A stretch of DNA of 64,000 bases from Saprospiraceae bacterium UBA2329 (lineage in GTDB: Bacteria > Bacteroidota > Bacteroidia > Chitinophagales > Saprospiraceae). Of the stretch, positions 61,430 to 64,000 are shown in pieces (the stretch's first letter is position 1; every line of letters starts with the position of its first letter). The notes beneath the pieces are model-generated. The model was given only the letters and a program-made list of their open reading frames with translations, searched no databases and was not told the DNA's origin. A program made the position numbers and the translations under genes. Location of the stretch: assembly GCA_002344975.1 (NCBI GenBank), contig DDUV01000057.1, positions 1 through 64,000 on the forward strand, given 5' to 3'.

Positions 61430-63106
61430 ATGACACGAATCATTTTCACACTGACATTCAGCCTGTTCTGTGGCTTACTGTTTTCACAAACAGCCGACGA
61501 GCTGCTCCGCGACTTGCAACAGGCCACCACCGCCAAAGAAAAAATGCTCATTAATTTTCAGATTGCTGAGACCTACATGCGCGGCGGAGACCGGGAAAAA
61601 GCCATTGATTTTGCCAGAACCGCCCATCAGTCTTCCATAGAGCAAAGCAACAACGGCATGGCAGCCCGCTCGGCCTACCTCATCGGCGATGCTTACGAGC
61701 GCCTGCGCAACGACCGAAACGCCGAAACCTGGTACAAAACCTGTCTCAATTTTGCCAAAACTGCCGGCGACTTCGACCTCATCGTACAGAGTGTGAAAAA
61801 ACGCAGCAAAATTGCCACCAAAGACGGCAACTACCGCCGCGCCTACGAAATCAATCAGGAAGCCTTCGATTTTTTCAGCGGTAAAGGCACCAGCATTTCC
61901 GATCTGGAAGGCAAGTACGAAAATCAAAAGGTCATTCTGGATCGCGAAAAACGGGTGCTCGTAGAAGAGAAAAACCGGCTGGAGCGCGAAATTGCCTCTA
62001 TGGCCGCAGAACGCGACCAACTCAGTACCGACAAAACACATTTAGAGTCGCGGCAGCAGGAATTGGTACAGCAAAAGGCCAAAGTGGAAGAGCAGATTTC
62101 TGAAAAGGAACAGGCGCTGGTTTCAGTAGCCGAAGAAAAGCGCAAAGTGGAAGAAGTGGCACAGCAAAAAGAAGCTGCCCTGAAAAATCTCTCCCGCGAG
62201 AAACTCATACAGGAAGCTGCCCTCAACGCTGCCAAAAAAGAAAGCGCAGAAGCCGAACTAGCTGTGCAACAGGAGAAAAGCCTCCGCGAGCAGGAGAAAA
62301 GCCTCCGCGAAAAAACGCTCCTCCAGGCATTGCTGGGTGGCGCAATAGGCGCTTTGATCCTGTTTTTTATGACCCTGCTGTACCTGTCGAGCCGCAGGGC
62401 CAAGTCCAGTCTACAGCGCAAAAATAAACTCATTGAGATGGAACGCGAGCGCTCCGATGAACTGTTGTTCAACATCTTGCCCAAGTCTATCGGCGAGGAA
62501 TTGAAGGAATTCGGCAAGGCCCGCGCCCGCAAGTTCGAGCAGGCTACGGTGCTGTTCACCGATTTCAAAAACTTCACTAAAATATCGGAAACCCTCAGTC
62601 CGGAAGACCTCGTGGCCGAAATTGACCGCTGTTTCAAAGGTTTCGATTTTATCATCTCGCAGTATCCCGACATTGAAAAAATAAAGACCATCGGCGACGC
62701 TTATATGTGTGCCTCAGGTTTGAACGAAGGGGGCAGTTCGCCCGACAACCTGCTGCGCGCAGCCTTAGAAATGCAAGAATTTTTGGATGAGCAAAAGGTA
62801 GAGCGCCAACGCTTGGGCAAACCCTACTTCGAGGCCCGCATCGGCCTGCATACAGGCCCGGTGGTGGCCGGCGTGGTGGGCGTCAATAAATTTGCCTACG
62901 ACATCTGGGGCGACACGGTGAACATTGCCGCCCGCATGGAGGCCCAATGCGAAGAGGGCCGCATCAATATTTCAGAAACTACCTACAACCTCGTGCGCTA
63001 CTCATTTGAATGCACTTACCGGGGTAAAGTAGAGGCCAAAAATAAAGGCGCCATAGATATGTACTATGTAGAGCGGGAATTGGCCGGCAGCGGTGTGTAT
63101 TCGTGA
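61430..63106 (+). CDS. Class III adenylate/guanylate cyclase with N-terminal TPR-like region, coiled coil and one TM helix
   Basis: Signal/TM, TPR-like helices, a long coiled coil (contains the tandem EKSLREQEKSLRE), a TM segment (GGAIGALILFFMTLLYL), and a CHD domain (…ATVLFTDFKNFT…KTIGDAYMCASGL…GLHTGPVVAGVVG…YDIWGDTVNIAARME…). Confidence 0.8.
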   Translation: MTRIIFTLTFSLFCGLLFSQTADELLRDLQQATTAKEKMLINFQIAETYMRGGDREKAIDFARTAHQSSIEQSNNGMAARSAYLIGDAYERLRNDRNAETWYKTCLNFAKTAGDFDLIVQSVKKRSKIATKDGNYRRAYEINQEAFDFFSGKGTSISDLEGKYENQKVILDREKRVLVEEKNRLEREIASMAAERDQLSTDKTHLESRQQELVQQKAKVEEQISEKEQALVSVAEEKRKVEEVAQQKEAALKNLSREKLIQEAALNAAKKESAEAELAVQQEKSLREQEKSLREKTLLQALLGGAIGALILFFMTLLYLSSRRAKSSLQRKNKLIEMERERSDELLFNILPKSIGEELKEFGKARARKFEQATVLFTDFKNFTKISETLSPEDLVAEIDRCFKGFDFIISQYPDIEKIKTIGDAYMCASGLNEGGSSPDNLLRAALEMQEFLDEQKVERQRLGKPYFEARIGLHTGPVVAGVVGVNKFAYDIWGDTVNIAARMEAQCEEGRINISETTYNLVRYSFECTYRGKVEAKNKGAIDMYYVERELAGSGVYS

Positions 63107-63632
63107 GGCGGGCGAGTAAAAAACTGCTCAGGTAGTGGACTCACTTTAATGAACAGTCTCTCGTTTTTTTTCGCTCCTGAAAGTTTTTTTGAAAAAATTT
63201 AAATGCCCGGAAACTTTCAGGGCATAGCCTCCTGTTATTGCCCCGTTCTTGCATCTGAAATGCCGCAGGAACGAAACATCAAAAACACTTTTTCGGAAAA
63301 ACAACAAAATCTTCCAACCATGTTGCGCAACCACATTTCCATCACCACGCACTTCGTCCGGCCGTGCGACCCCTCAGATTGCTGCGGGTTCCGACCGTTT
63401 CGGAAGTGTTGCCCCCGCGACGGGCAGCAGGTGGATGGGTTGCGTAAAAAGTTACGCCCCCTCGGAGCCGGCTGAAAACGGCGCCTCCTCAAAAACTTCT
63501 TCTCTTTTTTCTTGCACTATGCAGCGCGAACAGCACTGGTACTGATCGAAGGCGTTACTTCGCATCCGAATCAGAAAAACACGCCTCGAATTTTTGTCCT
63601 TGCTGTTCCTGTTGTTCAGTGATTTGAAAAAC

Positions 63633-63706
63633 AGCCCTTTAGCCCAACCGGCAGAGGCAATGGTTTCAGAAGCCATTCAGTTTCGGTTCGAATCCGAAAG
63701 GGGCTA
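63633..63706 (+). ncRNA. Atypical tRNA-like element (anticodon CAG but class-I architecture); possible pseudo-tRNA
   Basis: Hand fold: acceptor AGCCCTT/AGGGGCT, a 3-bp D stem with an 11-nt loop, anticodon arm ATGGT-TTCAGAA-GCCAT, a 5-nt variable loop, canonical T arm TTCGG-TTCGAAT-CCGAA. A Leu(CAG) tRNA should carry a long variable arm, so its function is doubtful. Confidence 0.3.
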
Positions 63707-63715
63707 CCTGTATAT

Positions 63716-63788
63716 GGTGACATGGCGCAACGGCAAGCGCACCCGACTGTCTATCGGAAGGTTGTGGGTTCAAATCCCATTGTCACCG
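63716..63788 (+). tRNA. tRNA-Asp (anticodon GTC)
   Basis: Acceptor GGTGACA/TGTCACC, D arm GCGC-AACGGCAA-GCGC, anticodon loop CTGTCTA, T arm GTGGG-TTCAAAT-CCCAT, discriminator G. Position 37 reads T, which is unusual. Confidence 0.7.
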
Positions 63789-63796
63789 CTTGTAAT

Positions 63797-63867
63797 AGCC
63801 CGGTCGTTCAATGGCAGGACGGGGGAATACGAATCCCCAAACGAAGGTTCGACTCCTTCCCTGGCTT
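63797..63867 (+). tRNA. tRNA-Arg (anticodon ACG)
   Basis: D arm GTTC-AATGGCA-GGAC, anticodon arm GGGGA-ATACGAA-TCCCC, T arm GAAGG-TTCGACT-CCTTC. The acceptor AGCCCGG/CCTGGCT has one C-U mismatch, so boundaries are ±1-2 nt. Confidence 0.6.
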
Positions 63868-63874
63868 CGTAGCA

Positions 63875-63945
63875 GTGAGAGTGGTTTAATGGCAGAACGC
63901 CGGTATGCCAAGCCGGAGACAGGAGTTCGATTCTCCTCTTTCGCT
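63875..63945 (+). tRNA. tRNA-Gly (anticodon GCC)
   Basis: Acceptor GTGAGAG/CTTTCGC (two G-U pairs), D arm GTTT-AATGGCA-GAAC, anticodon arm CCGGT-ATGCCAA-GCCGG, T arm AGGAG-TTCGATT-CTCCT. Confidence 0.6.
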
Positions 63946-64000
63946 CTGTATTTTGCGCGGTGGTGTAACAAGCAACACACGGCTCTCATAAGGCCGTAGA

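Noticed and set aside
63633-63706. Considered tRNA-Sec (alternative loop TTTCAGA gives anticodon UCA) or a tmRNA 3' domain
   Set aside because: That alternative loop leaves a 9-nt anticodon loop with no 5-bp stem. There is no 8/5 acceptor/T geometry, no long variable arm and no upstream tmRNA-like tag region.

Overview
High-GC chromosomal segment that looks Bacteroidota, by eye (Saprospiraceae/Cytophagia-like: TAnnTTTG-type promoter motif, T9SS C-terminal domains, PorV). It is densely coding, mostly housekeeping and cell-surface genes. Main content: (i) a type IX secretion locus with a PorV gene (16779-17822) preceded by a 1382-aa CTD-bearing protein that is a PorU candidate, plus three giant T9SS cargo proteins (17-1957, 19192-24663 with type-A CTDs; 43607-50239 with a type-B 'gliding motility' CTD); (ii) a 7TMR-DISM sensor kinase convergent with a NarL/LuxR response regulator; (iii) yqiJ/yqiK-like NfeD-flotillin pair, TonB-dependent receptor, S46 dipeptidyl-peptidase, M23 peptidase, Crp/TetR regulators; (iv) housekeeping genes greA, HIT, rlmD, trmB, rnr, ftsK, a TPR-adenylate cyclase; (v) tRNA-Ala and a terminal tRNA cluster (Asp, Arg, Gly plus an atypical tRNA-like element). 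The stand-out anomaly is a visibly AT-rich about 2-kb island (34.1-36.2 kb) with three translationally coupled genes: a PD-(D/E)xK (DUF3883-like) nuclease, an unknown protein, and a Vsr very-short-patch-repair endonuclease, with no methyltransferase nearby. I consider it a candidate undescribed defence/restriction-like module. Two repeat families were also found: a GGGTGAGT octamer microsatellite inserted at the 3' ends of three genes (it supplies their stop codons and is G-quadruplex-capable), and a 37-bp palindromic element present twice. All calls come from reading the sequence and the ORF translations; no database searches were possible.
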